From Podarcis muralis (lineage: Eukaryota), in NCBI RefSeq assembly GCF_964188315.1, contig NC_135667.1, positions 26,722,001 to 26,786,000 on the forward strand: a stretch of DNA of 64,000 nucleotides, given 5' to 3'. How positions within the stretch are numbered: the first letter of the stretch is position 1; the number at the start of each line of letters is the position of its first letter. This document shows, one piece after another, positions 23,520-36,593 of this stretch. The position numbers and the translations under genes were made by a program. The notes beneath the pieces are model-generated. The model ran no database searches, was not told the DNA's origin, and was given only the letters and a program-made list of their open reading frames with translations.

Positions 23520-24476
23520 TCACAAAAAAATTCTCACAAATTTGAACAAAGCTTCCTTGACCTCTCTATTTCTCAAACTGTAAATGAGAGGATTTAACAT
23601 GGGAGTAAAGATGGTGTAGAAGAAAGAGAAGATTTTATGAAGTTCCTTTAATTTTTCTGTTTCTGGAACCACATAAACTAAGAATAACGAAAGGAAGAAA
23701 AGTGTCACAACAATCAGATGGGAAGAGCAGGTGGCGAAGGCTTTCTGCTGAGCAGCTCTGGATTTAATTCGCAAGATGGTACATATAATGCAGACATAAG
23801 AAGCTAACGTTAGGAGAAAAGGGGACCCTATTCCCATAAACCCCAAAATCAAAGTTGCAAGTTTTACTAGGCGGGTATTGCTGCATGAGAGGTTTGCTAA
23901 TGGATAAACATCACAAAAGAAATCATCAATTTCATTGGGTCCACAGAAAGTTAGTTGACCCAAAAAAGAAGTTATGATAGTGTTGGTCACCAGGCCACAC
24001 ATCCAAGAAGTGAATGCTAACTGGAGGCAGAGTCTACCACTCATTATAGTTGGGTAGTGCAGAGGTTTGCATATTGCCAAATACCGATCATAAGACATCA
24101 TTGCCAGAAGGTAACATTCTGTGCATGCCAAGAAACCAAAGAAATAGTATTGTGTGATGCAACCCTTAATAGATATGGACCTATCCCCAGTAAGGAAACT
24201 GACCAGCATCCTGGGCAGGATGGTTGAAATGTAGCAGGTCTCCAAGCCCGACAAGTTCACGAGGAAGAAATACATGGGTTTGTGAAGATGCTGGTCAACT
24301 GCAACAAGTAAAACAATTAAGAGGTTCCCAACAAGCGACAAAGCATAGATGGCAAGGAACAAGGCAAAGAGGAGGATTCGCAGTTCAAAGTCATTGCCAA
24401 ATCCCAGAAGGATGAATGTTGAAGGGGTTGACAGATTTCCTCCCATTGCTTTTTGCTGTTGAATCTCAACTTCATT
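23520..24476 (-). CDS. Olfactory receptor, subfamily A, coding exon 2 (predicted 333 aa with exon 1 at 26174-26218)
   Basis: Intact OR frame; branch-like ctaac plus acceptor gcatttcag|AAT at 24478-24477; internal ATG at 24446. Confidence 0.93.
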   Translation of the reverse strand, partial: NEVEIQQQKAMGGNLSTPSTFILLGFGNDFELRILLFALFLAIYALSLVGNLLIVLLVAVDQHLHKPMYFFLVNLSGLETCYISTILPRMLVSFLTGDRSISIKGCITQYYFFGFLACTECYLLAMMSYDRYLAICKPLHYPTIMSGRLCLQLAFTSWMCGLVTNTIITSFLGQLTFCGPNEIDDFFCDVYPLANLSCSNTRLVKLATLILGFMGIGSPFLLTLASYVCIICTILRIKSRAAQQKAFATCSSHLIVVTLFFLSLFLVYVVPETEKLKELHKIFSFFYTIFTPMLNPLIYSLRNREVKEALFKFVRIFL

Positions 24477-26173
24477 CTGAAATGCAATTTGAAAAATGTT
24501 AGTAAGCTCAGCAACCCGCCCCATTCCTGTTTCCCCTCCCATGGATGTTTGTGACTAATGTGGACAGTTGCAAGAGACTGTGAGGGACGATTTGCCAAGG
24601 AAAAGCAGGAGGAGAGGCAAAGAGCTCACGATTCCTACCAACATTTTGGTTTGTCCCTGCTCTTTACCCCACTTCACCCACCAATTTCTGGTTCCAAACC
24701 TGTGTAACCACGAAATCCATGACATCACAGAAATGTAGAACTGCAGATGCTGAAGAACTGAAAGTGTTGGAGTGGAATTTAGTACTTCTGACTGTAGTAG
24801 ATGTTCCCTATTTTGTAAAAAAAAAAAAAAATCCCAGGTTATATATAAAAATAAATTATGACTTTACTATCCTAGTTTTCTGTTTGCAAGGAGGTGTTTT
24901 ATGAAGATGTGATCCTTGATTGGCTGTTAGTTTTCTGCTAGTAGTTTAGGACTCTACTATATCTTACTGCTAGATAAATAGATGTGCTCAATTGCTATAT
25001 GTGGAGCAGAATTATGTGGGAAGGAGGCAGTAGAATTCTGAGAAATGAAGGCAGCTCTTCAAAATTGTAGGTGGGAAATACCACATTGAATGCTTCCTTA
25101 TAAATGAAATCTCCTTGCCTGCAGAAATCTAGCACAATGGGGAATAATATTCTAGCTAAGGTCTTCCATGCGTGTGCATCTTTTCTTATTTCAAATAATT
25201 TATTTCAAAAACAATGTGATTCCTCCACATGCAGACTGAAGTGGCATCCTTTATTCAACCACCTCAGCCCTTGAGCACCTTATTGAGCTGCCTATGTACA
25301 CACCAGGGCTTCTAATCTATAACTAGAATTAAATTCTGTCAGGTATTTTATATGAAACTGTTATGAAACTGTGAAAATGATTTTTGTGTATCTTATTTCT
25401 CCTGATAGTTAAGAGGCATATTAAACAATGCAGGAGGGAGCGTCATTTAAGCTTCAATTTTCACTCCAGAACTATCTCAGTGAGTCAAACAGGACAACGT
25501 CAGACAAGGAGGCGGACATTATGAAAATAGGCAGCTGAGCTTAGTCAATGCTTGGTACATAATATGCACATCTTCCCTGGCTCCTTGACATTACTGTTTA
25601 CTGAAATCAGCTTTCTCAGTTCCATAGTACATCAAATTAATCCAAAATATTAATAAATTGACAACAGTGTTATTTTTGCCCCAGAGCATGCACTGAGGGC
25701 AGATGAGGCAGGTTTAGGTCTGGTGAGTGCCTGGATATGGAATGTCAAGGAACCCCATGTATGCCACCTTGAAGTCCACAGTGAAATGAAGATGGACTGT
25801 TAATGGCACTAACTTAAATCAATAATAGCACTGAATATGTTTCCCTGAACATATTCTGTGAAATCCAAAAAAGGTTGACTCTGCAATGTCAAAGATCCTA
25901 AAAAAAATTGGCCCAGTGATAAAATATGTCATTTAATTTATTCTGTGCCTACAAGCTAATAACCTACCTTTTCTCTCACAAAACATGAGACTGACCTACA
26001 GAAAGAGGAAGACTGAGATCAGATTGGTTAGATTTACAAAACCCAACTTTCCCTTCTTATCAGTCACTATCAGTGTATATAAACCATTTAAAACCTTTAT
26101 AAGGATGAAATACTATATCACAAATATAGTACTTGGAGACAAAAGGTTAATAGCATGATTGATAAATATTTAC

Positions 26174-26218
26174 CTCTGAGACTGTTATATTCCTAGGTGC
26201 GTTCCATTCAGTTTCCAT
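26174..26218 (-). CDS. Coding exon 1 (METEWNAPRNITVSE) of the OR at 23520-24476
   Basis: ATG at 26218, 15 codons (in-frame 12-nt deletion relative to paralogues), GAG|gtaaat donor. Confidence 0.75.
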
Positions 26219-27390
26219 ATGTAGGATGGAAGCTTCTCTTCTCTATCCCTGCTCTGGTCCAAACATTTCATTCCAGTGGTGACTCTGGTGTCTGGTGCTT
26301 CTTTGGTAGCAAAATATTACTGTACTCACTTATTTAATGTACAAATGATCAAGTTGCCTTGCTGTTATTTAGCAGCAAAATATGAGAATGTAAACTTATT
26401 TAACAGACTATTTCTACAAATGGATATTAACTATGGTTAGGAAAAAGAACTCAGCAGTTTGCCAGGGTTTGCCTTTCTATGTTTTGAATTCTAGGAGTTA
26501 TAGTGAGCTATTACCATAACAGGACATCAATGACCTGGGAAGCTACATGTTGACTCATGCCTTGGGGAAACCATTAGACTCTTGCAAAGCCAAGGTTCTT
26601 AATTAATGTACTCACAGGCTGCCCTCAACAGCCTGAACAAGGAATGGCATTCATTCTGATGACGTTTTATTGCTTAATTATAGAAGTAATAAAATAAAAG
26701 AGATGGAGTTTATTCACAATGGTCTTGTGGATTGTCAGAAAAATGTTTTGTGCCAGAATATCATACTCAAATTCTTTGTGTATCTAAATAGAGTTATATA
26801 TGGACTGAGGAATATATAGACCTGCAATCCAGCACATACTTGCCTAGCTGTAAGTTTCACTGAACTCTATGGTGATAACTTCTTAGATACTTAATCCACA
26901 GGGTTGTGCTTGAATATGAATTAATTTGTATACTGCTTAATGTCAAAATAGACTTCCAAGCAGTTTACAAAATATAAAAACCACTTACCCAAGCATTAGA
27001 ATCTGAACATCCCTTATTACAGTGCAGAAAAACAATTCCATTAAAACAGCACAGCAAATAAAAGAGAAGACGCCTGGTTTAGCCTAGTTAATCCTGACTA
27101 ATGTTGTACTCCTAATCTCTTTTACCAGAAAGAAAGCCTCATGGGGTTTAATTTTGAATAGATGTATTTAGGATTGCACTGCATGGCTGCAATTTGATGC
27201 AAACACCCATATGAATAAGGCTCATTGAACAAAACATGACTTACATCCATGTAAACATCCACAGGGTTCGACTGTAAATGAAAACAGCTGAAAGGGTTGC
27301 AACTGAGATTTGAGCAATTTATTTATTTGAGCAATTTATTTATTTCAGTGTTTTATTGAGACGTTATTTTTCTTACTGTGGTGGAATACA

Positions 27391-27480
27391 TATCTGAAGA
27401 AGTGTGCATGCACACGAAAGCTCATACCAAGAACTAACTTAGTTGGTCTTTAAGGTGCTACTGGAAGGAATTTTTTTTGT
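27391..27480 (+). mobile_element. Second Penelope terminal fragment with an intact hammerhead motif (27391-27426)
   Basis: Identical to 16143-16232. Confidence 0.75.
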
Positions 27481-27748
27481 TATAATCATTATGTTATTCC
27501 AAAATATTCATTTTCAATGCAAAGGCAATCATGCAAATTGGGAGGGAAGTAATCAATTGCATATTGTTTGCAGACTGAAAACAATAACAGCTGCATTTTG
27601 TCATTAGGGCCTGAGATTCTCCGCTTGTTTTAAATCATTTATATTCCAGAGTTACATTTTCAAAACTTTGCTTTTTAGCCAGTGGATCCCATGTTGTGGA
27701 ACAGAAACCTGGGATATAAACATCTCAACATATCAACAGACTTTTCAG

Positions 27749-28720
27749 TTATGACAGTACATTTTTCGGCATCCTTGCAAAATGCATCACCTTGCTGCAA
27801 ACTCTTCTTAGGGCTCTATGTACTTCTTTATTTCTTAAACTGTAGATTAAAGGATTAACGAGAGGTGTCAAGACCGTGTAGAAGACGGAGAAGACTTTAT
27901 TGAGGTCTCTCAGAGTTGGTGTATCTGGCAGCATGTAGACAATGATTATTGTGCCATAAAAAATGCAGACAACAATCAGATGAGAGGAGCAAGTGGAAAA
28001 GGCCTTTTGCCGTCCAGTGGTGGATGGTATCTTTAGGATGGTGGTGATGATGCAAACATAGGATGTGAGGGTCAGTAGAAATGGGGTGATGGTGAAAATG
28101 AAGGTTGAAAGAAAGGTGACAAGTTCAATCATGCTTGTATCACTACAGGAGAGTTTTTCAAGTGGGATGAAGTCGCAAAAGTAATGATCCATGACATTTG
28201 GGCCACAGAAGGATAACTGGGCCATCAGATATAATATTACACAATTAGCCAGCAAAGAGTCGATCCATGCCCCAACGATGAGCTGAACACAGAGCTTTGC
28301 ATGCATGATAGAAGTGTAGTGCAAAGGTTTACATATCGCCAGGTAGCGGTCATAGGACATCGCTGCCAGGAGATATGTCTCTATACCTACACAAGAACCA
28401 AACAGATAAAATTGGGACAGACATCCACTAAGAGAAATGGACTTCTTGCCACTTATCAAATTGGCCAACATTTTGGGCAAGATAATAGAGCTATAGCAGG
28501 TCTCCAAGCAAGACAAATTGGCTAGGAAGAAGTACATGGGGGTGTGGAGGTGTTGATCAGACACAACTAGCAATAGGATAAGGAGATTCCCAGTTATTGT
28601 CACAATGTAAATCACTAGGAACAGTACAAAAAGATGGGGCTGAAGCTCAGGGAGATCCCCAAATCCCAAGAGGATGAATTCTGTGATAACTGTCTGGTTT
28701 TCCTTCTCTGTGTTCCGCAT
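27749..28720 (-). CDS. Olfactory receptor, subfamily B, 323 aa, single coding exon
   Basis: ATG at 28720 (the ORF-track start 28738 is TTG); MRNTEKENQT sequon; full OR motif set; in-frame TGA between acceptor and ATG marks that stretch as 5' UTR. Confidence 0.94.
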   Translation of the reverse strand: MRNTEKENQTVITEFILLGFGDLPELQPHLFVLFLVIYIVTITGNLLILLLVVSDQHLHTPMYFFLANLSCLETCYSSIILPKMLANLISGKKSISLSGCLSQFYLFGSCVGIETYLLAAMSYDRYLAICKPLHYTSIMHAKLCVQLIVGAWIDSLLANCVILYLMAQLSFCGPNVMDHYFCDFIPLEKLSCSDTSMIELVTFLSTFIFTITPFLLTLTSYVCIITTILKIPSTTGRQKAFSTCSSHLIVVCIFYGTIIIVYMLPDTPTLRDLNKVFSVFYTVLTPLVNPLIYSLRNKEVHRALRRVCSKVMHFARMPKNVLS

Positions 28721-31700
28721 TGATTTAATCAACTGCAAGTCACATCAACCCTAGAAAATAAAAGCAGAAGAAGATGAATTTTGATATAAAGACTTCCATC
28801 CACCACCCCCCTTAATATCAGCAGCACTCGGAAGCTGTTTTACAATAGGAGTAGCTCAAGCAAAGTTTAGTGGATTATAGTATGTGAGTCAGATTTTGCA
28901 TACCATCTCTGTTGCAGCTTCCAATATGATTACAATCCTCATATTACAGTCCAACCTATTAAAACCTGTCCCGAAGTACCACCACGTAGCATCATCATAA
29001 AGTCAATTCAGAACGAGGGTGGTGCTTCTTGCTATCACTATGGCACCTTGTGGTTAGGCATCTGGATGCTCAGAAAGCAGCTGTGGTCTTTTCTTGTCCT
29101 AGGTTCATGCACCAGCTCTGCACATTCCTGAGAAAATGAGACCTGGCCACTGCAAGCTATGCCTTTGTGACATGCATGAACACCTGTGTTTTTATTATTC
29201 ATGGTTTCTTATCTGAGTAACACTCATTTTAGAATTTGCAGTGCAGAGTCTGCTTCTATTTTTACTGCTGTTGCTTTAAAGTGGTGTAAGCCCCCCAACC
29301 CACCCCCCAGGCAATGCAAATGCTTTGGAAGGGTGGAGTATAGTTTTTCTAAAATCAATCAGTTAATAAATGGCAAGCATGCTTAGTCAGACGTTCACCC
29401 CACTGTTATCACTGGAACAAAGCACTTTCCCAAGCAAGTGTGTGCAGGATTTCAGCCTAAGGCAATATGAATGCTGCAATGCTAAGCAAAAACACAACAC
29501 AAGTATCTTTGTCCAAAAATGAGCTGAGCTTTCTTTTTCCAGTTGGAGTAGTGAATGAAAAGGGGAGTTTGATATAGAAATATTTTGATGAACTGGGTGG
29601 ATTTGGGAAGGCAATTGCCATTTCTCCCCATTTGTCTTCCTGACTAAATGTAGAGGTGGGAGAGCAATTCAATTCAGATTGCATTTCAAGGTGATTCTAC
29701 CTACCTGTCAGGCATGGAGAGTCCTCTCCTCCCTTCTGTAACTTCACAGATAAGAATTAACAAGCAGTTGATATATTTATATCATGCTGCAAGCACAAAT
29801 ACACAGCTCTCCGCAAGGAGGGCAGTTGGCTATTCTAAATCCTCCTTCCAACTTCCGCAGCATTTTAGGTGCCAAAGGGAAGTTCCTCCCTCCCTCTGAC
29901 TCCTTTGCTCTATAATACATTTGGACCTCTGAGTACGTGGTGAGGGGGGAGTCCCCCACACTCTCCAGTGATGTCTTGACTAGCTGCCCCCTCCCGTCTG
30001 TTTCTCTTGTCATTATCTCACAACTGGGTAACCCCTCCCTAAACTGTTCAACTTCTCTCACTCTCTGCTTCTGAACACACCATGGACAATGGGGACCACT
30101 CTTCCCCATCTAACTCTCCATCGGAGAGAAACTGGTCTGCCATAGAATGCATTCCCCAGTCGTCATCTTCAGACCATTCCCTGACACTACGTTACACATT
30201 CCAGAATGATACGTGAGCCGAAATAAAGCCATTCCCCAGAATCTTATTTCAGCATTCCTGATGGGGCATCCTCCAATGTACCAAAGGAGAGGAGGCTAAC
30301 TAGGGGAACTCAGGGGGAACGGGGAGTGCCCCCCACAGCATCTGCCACCAGAGTCAACTGCCTCAAGATAGGATCCTCTGTATGTATTTCTTCCTTGAAC
30401 TTTACATTGATATAATGGGTGAGAGAAAGCCGTGAAGGATTAGTAAAATAAATTAATTATTTAACTTGTCACGGCCTTTCCAGAAACATCCACAAAGGTA
30501 GTTTGAACCATGCATTTGCATTAACAGAATTTCACATACAACTGGAAAGAAGAGAAACGGAGAGAAACCAAAATTGACCTATCCTAACACTGGTAAAAAC
30601 AAACTATTGTTTAGAAAAACTCTTGAAATATGGTACCTCACCAACAAAAGAATAGCATCATATGGGATGAGCACTTGCCTTCAACCAATCTCTTTGATGC
30701 ACAGTGATATTCCAGGATTCAAAACCTGTAGTAGAAAAATTAAGGAAACGCAATAGGCTCTGAGCAAGCTGGAACAGCCACATTTACACAGAGATAGATA
30801 GATAATACTTTATTCGGCTATAAGCCCACAAGGTAAAACAAATCAATAGATAAAATAGGATTTTACAATCTAAAATATCAACCAAAATATTTCAACGCAT
30901 AATCTCCTTCACATTACTTACAATCTCTAGATGTACCGTGTTACATTTACACAGAACTGTTAGTGATAATGTTTATGGGTGTAGATGCTTCTCTCTTAAA
31001 ATAAGTGATCCTTTGGGACTTTGCTGCAGATTGGCTATCTGGGGGCGGGGACCATGTATCTTGCAACTGACTTCCTAAACCCTAAGGGGATTCTTGTATT
31101 AATTATTGCTTCATGGGATTGCTTTACTGTCTGGATGAAACATATGACTGGAATTTTACACCCTTCTGGTTTCAAGTTCAGTTGTGTGGGGCAGGGACAG
31201 AGGAAGGGGGTGCGGTGGGGATGGACTGCCCCGGGTGTCTTCGCTGAGGGGGTGACATTTGGCGTGCCACCGGCCCGCAACTCCCAGGCCTACCCCGAGC
31301 GGTCAGGGTAAGGGAGGGAGCTACGCCGCTTTGCTGGCGGCATTCCCCCCTTCATTTTGACAGCTTGGGGGAGGCTTGGGAGTCGCAGGCCGGCGGTGCG
31401 CTGAATGTCTAACATCAGCAGCTCGCTCTGCCCCCGTGGGCGGCTTGCTCCGCCCCCGGCTACAGAATGTGCACGCCACTCCATGCACCCAAGTGGATAT
31501 CCCGCACCTGGGAGGGCACCCTCCACACCTCATGCCCCTCGGGAGCGCACTCTGCCCCCCTCAGGAGCGTGCCCCACCCCCCTTGGGATCACACCCATCC
31601 TGAGTAGCACAGCCATATGCTCTGCCACTGGTGTGGGGTGTATGTTTTAAAAACAAAATCATAACAAAATACCTGTTTTAAGACATTTGATTTATATACA

Positions 31701-33059
31701 TAAATTGATTGCCTTTGGCTGCCCTCTAGTGTTCAAACTTCCTGCTTGACAGCAGCAGCTTCCTATAGCGTTCAGTTTATGCCCGGATTGATTTTATAAA
31801 CAATAATGGAAAAATAGCAGGCTTTTTGCTGAGATATTTATTTTCAAAAGTATATTGGCAGTGCCACATTTATGATTTCGCAAAATGAGGTTAAAATCAT
31901 GCATTTCTCATTTTGTTTGTTTGTTTGTTTTAGTGATGGACAATGCCCCATGACTTGATTTGAAATCAGCTCAGTATTTATGAACTTCGTCATAGTACTC
32001 TCAAGGCGATGAAAGCTCACCTAGGAATGCTCTGAGACAGTTTGGAATGTCATCACACATGCACAGGGTATTATTATTTCCCCAGTTCTGCTCCAACTGT
32101 CTACCAATGACATTAGATCAAGGCTTCCATTTGCTCTGGGAAAAGGTGAATAAACTGAGGCTCAGTCCAGAGAAGAGACAGATGGTGATGGGGGGAACTA
32201 CTCAGCAGGGGTGCCAACTTGAATAAAATATGGGAGCGGGATCCAGATAAGCCCTGCCCCACATGATCAATGACATGATGCAGCACGCACACACTATTTG
32301 AGTGGCAATACCCATTTATTTGGGTGGCCTGGACCCCTCAAATATTTTAGGGGAGGTGAAGGGACCTCGGCACTTAGGAGCCGTGTGTGTACCCTTGATG
32401 AGATCACAATTCCTCTTTAAAAGGCAGAGGATTACACAACAATAGCTCTATCCTGGAGTAACTTTAATCAATGCTACTTCATCTGCTAGCTGTGTATACT
32501 GCTGGGGGAAAGGAAACTGATTATGACTACTCATACCCTGACAGCTTCTATACTACTGTCATTCGTTAATTTGGTACCTTCCAGTTTAGATTAATTTAAC
32601 ATGCTTCATTTAGAAATGTCCTTAAAAGTTCACTTAATTCAGAATGCAGAGAATGCATTAGTCATGATTAGAATAGACCCATTCAGTAATGTTAAGAAAT
32701 CCAGTCTTTTCTCATGCCTAATGCCTGTTAGAGTTTGCTCTCAATAAAGCAGTTTGGGCACAATCCTTAGTGTAAAGATTATAAGATCAGTAAATAAGTT
32801 CCGTTGATTCCAATGGGACTACTCTAAATATGGCAATGGATCCAGCTCTCAGGTATGATATCTTTTCCCACAAGGACATCATGATCCAACTTTATTTCTT
32901 TTATTTATTTATTTTTACTCCTACACTTGAAAATTAAAGTCTCGGTGGGTATAGCTTGGCTATTCTTGTTCATCCTGTTGAGACAGTGTGCGTGTATGTT
33001 AATATCAGTTTGGTGCCATTAATTAAATAGACATGGGTTTGGAAGAGGGTAGAGAATCC

Positions 33060-33563
33060 TGAGAATTCTCCGGAAAAAACAATCTCTCAAAGGACCTGTT
33101 GGTGGCATTTTACCATTGCACTGTGGAGAGTGTATTAACTTATGGTCTGTGTGTGTGGTTTGGGAGCTGCACGGCCAGGGAAAAAACAATGCTGTCCAGG
33201 GTTGTAAAGACTGCAGAGAGAATAATTGGGTGCACTCTTCCCACCTTAGATCAAATCTATGCTGTCAGGTGCCATAAGAAAGCGGCAGAGATAGCACAGG
33301 ATCGTACGCACCCCGGAAATGATCTCTTTCAGCTTCTGCCTTCTGGAAGAAGGTATAGGGTTATAAAGGCCAGGACTAGCCGCCTGAGAAACAATTTCTA
33401 CGCAAATGCAATTCAGGTTCTAAATGCAGCATAAAGGGTCTCTATAGTATAGTGTATTTTAAAATGGGGTTTCAGTGTTTTTAGGTGGTTTTGAATGTTT
33501 TATGTAGTTTTTCAATTTCATTGTTCTGCATGGGACAATGACAATAAAGATATCGTATCGTAT
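33060..33563 (+). mobile_element. Rex1/Babar-type LINE 3' end
   Basis: ORF 33099-33434 (FYHCTVESVLTY..VWFG..HPG..LF.LLPSGRRYR..RTSRLRN.F) is typical of the Rex/Babar RT C-terminus; (tatcg)n tail; agaattctcc on both sides. Confidence 0.75.
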
Positions 33564-34020
33564 AGAATTCTCCTTGAGATGAGTGAGCATCTAACTTTCC
33601 CTGTTTGAGAACTCCCCCCCCCCCCTTTGTCTGCAGTATTGACATCCCATTATGTGAGATAATAGTTTAACAGCTAATGCTGTTAAGCATAAGTTTAAGA
33701 CACTTGGCATAACTCCCAGAATAGCAAATATAGGTAGCCAAACACAGGCAGAAACTGCTTAATGATTTCTCCCAGTCATTGCAAACATCTAGTGATAGAA
33801 GACTTGTATTGGATTATTTAACTGTGTCTAAATAAGTGTAACTACTGATATTTTGCTACTAAATGGAAGCCAGACTTCTTGAACATTTGAACTTTAATAA
33901 GTGCACGTTGATATTTTGTTAGTGGATGGGAGCAAGATTGGAGCAAGACTCCACAGCATCTACCTGGAACAAAACTTGGGAGCACCATAAGGAATCAGAA
34001 GAGAGCTGTGCATCCTAAGA

Positions 34021-34077
34021 ATGGAAACTGAGCTGAACACATCAGAGATTCCACCTAGAAACACAATAATTTTGGAG
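34021..34077 (+). CDS. Coding exon 1 (METELNTSEIPPRNTIILE) of the OR at 37241-38212
   Basis: ATG at 34021, 19 codons, GAG|gtaaat donor at 34078, phase 0. Confidence 0.8.
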
Positions 34078-35116
34078 GTAAATATACATAGTTTCTCATC
34101 CCCATGTGCTATCCTTGGAACAGGGTGTTTCTTTTTTATTTCATGAGAATTTAATATGGTTTATAGGCACCATATTTCTATCAGGTATGTACAGAAACCA
34201 TTTCAAACTCATATGGCAACTCTTATCAATTTCATGGTGAACTGTGGAAGGTGGGAACTGTGGAAGTCTGATCGAAGCTCTGTTTAGATTGCTAAAAAAT
34301 AGAGTGCTATTTTTTCTAGAAAAATAGGTGCCGGTACTCACCCTGAAATTGTTACTGTAAGTGTCACACTTTTTATCAACAACAAAAAGAGGTGCCGGTA
34401 CAGCATACCCTTGAGTGCCCCCTGGAAAAAGCACTGGTTCAGATCAATTGCATTTACTTAATTTGCCTTCCTCTTTATAGCTCAATCACAAGGTTTATTA
34501 GGAAAATATGCATACAATGTATGAAAAGCCATCTTTTACTGGACAGGTCAATTTTAGACTCTTTAGACAACCAGGGATAGCATGTTGGATTTCTCAATTC
34601 AATGCTAGGTACTCATAGTTTAAATAATATTTCATAACATTTGAATATTTTGAATGTACTTCAGTTCTGGCTCAACTGAGTTTGTAGTTTTGACAGTTAC
34701 GTTCTTCATCTTCATTTGGAATCTCGCAATCAATGATGTTTCCAAGCTCCTGATTTTTACCCAGAATTCTGTTCACTTAATATAGGTAATAAGGATCTGG
34801 AGTTACCTTGTTTGATTCAGTGAGACTGTTCTGGAAGAAAATTCAAAATCTATATGTAGTTTACTTCGGGATTGGAGAATGTTTCCTAAGCTAGTGTAAT
34901 AAAAACATTGATAATTTTTACAACAATCAAGGTATTTGGTTCAGCTACTTTTCTCTCTCCCTTCCCCATTTCATTTATTAATCACTTGAAATATCCTGAA
35001 GAATTAAGCATAAAACTCCAGAGATGGATGAGATTGTGTGGATCATTTTTTTTAATGCCATATTTTTGTTCTCTGTAACGAGGAAGGGGAGGAGGCAAAT
35101 GTCCAGTCACCAGTAA

Positions 35117-35117
<1 letters not shown>

Positions 35118-35157
<40 letters not shown>
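35118..35157. repeat. (AC)n microsatellite
   Basis: Seen directly. Confidence 0.95.
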
Positions 35158-35158
<1 letters not shown>

Positions 35159-35599
35159 CCTCCCTGTATCTCCTTCAACTGTAGCCAGTAATCTCACTTT
35201 CAGGTCCTTTCATCCTTCATATTTTCCTGTAGTGTAGGAATAGCTCATGTAGGGCTCTCCAGATATTGTGGACAACTCCCATTATCCCTGACCCTTGGCC
35301 ATATGTACAGGGAGGAGGGATGCATGAGTCTTTCCATTTCAGTTTCTCTCAGTTTTTCATTTTTATACTCTTAAATTTAGTTCTCAACATTTCCATAGCA
35401 ATTTGTGAATTTTAATCATGACATTTCTTTATTATTTTTCTAGAAACATATTTTTTTGGGGGGGGGAATGAATGCAGTTTTAATGAAGATGCTCATTTTT
35501 GCATTTCCATGACACTTTCCTTTTAATATACTTGGTATAAGAACCATATTGCAAAATATGGAGAAGTGTGAACTTTGAAGGACAGTTGGGTTTTTGTCA

Positions 35600-35630
<31 letters not shown>

Positions 35631-36357
35631 TTTTAAAAAATCAAATTAGGTAGTTTCTCATTAAAATCAATTTTCTCCTCCATCTCTAAATAGGGCTGAT
35701 AAGAATTGTAGCCCCAAACCTTTGTTGGACATCACATTGTCTGCGCCAGATTTTTGCTATGATGTCCTTTGGAACAGCCTCCTTGTCTATGGTCAGCAAG
35801 CTCTTTTCATGTGATCAGGTTCTTGGAGTGTTTAACCTATACCAGTGCCCTTCATCTGGGCTTCAGTATAGCTGAAACAAGACACTGGACTAAGGCTACA
35901 ATTGTATGTCCTCTAACCCATTTAGTTCCATTTTAGACTGCAGCTGTAGAAATCATATTAGGAGGAATTGCATTGAACACCAATAATAGAATCAGCACAG
36001 CACAAAAAGGGCATGTATGGAAATAGAGATGGGTGTCTTCAAATATCTGAATGGTTATATCACAGAAGTTAGTCCAATATTCTGTACTGTTAGGGTTGTG
36101 GAATTATTATTATTATTATTATTATTTGACAAAGTAATAATCATAAGTGAATAAGAATAAAAACGTGCACCCCACCACCAAGACCATTCCATTGTAACTA
36201 TCCAACCTCCCAAAAATTCAACACCTCTTGCAATGGCTTGACCCCTTTCCGTTTTAACAGTACAAATTATACAAACACCCTCCATATCTCCTTAAAATCA
36301 TTTCTCCTGCATATTCCCCATATTACCTTAATGGCACATTCATCATTAATAGCTATA

Positions 36358-36593
36358 CAGTGGTACCTCTGGTTACGTACTTAATTCGTTCCGGAGGTCC
36401 GTTCTTAACCTGAAATTGTTCTTAACCTGAAGCACCTCTTTAGCTAATGGGGCCTCCCACTGCTGCCGTGCCATGCGATTTATGTCCTCATCCTGAAGCA
36501 AAGTTCTTAACCCAAGGTATTATTTCTGGGTTAGCGGAGTCTGTAACCTGAAGCGTATGTAACCTGAAGCATATGTAACCTGAGGTACCACTG
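36358..36593. mobile_element. Tc1/mariner MITE
   Basis: TIRs cagtggtacctc / gaggtaccactg with TA TSD. Confidence 0.88.

Noticed and set aside
29940-30360. GC-richer island with possibly matching ends (ggggagt.ccccaca)
   Set aside because: Probably a repeat remnant, but there is no second copy, TSD or coding motif in the window to support a call
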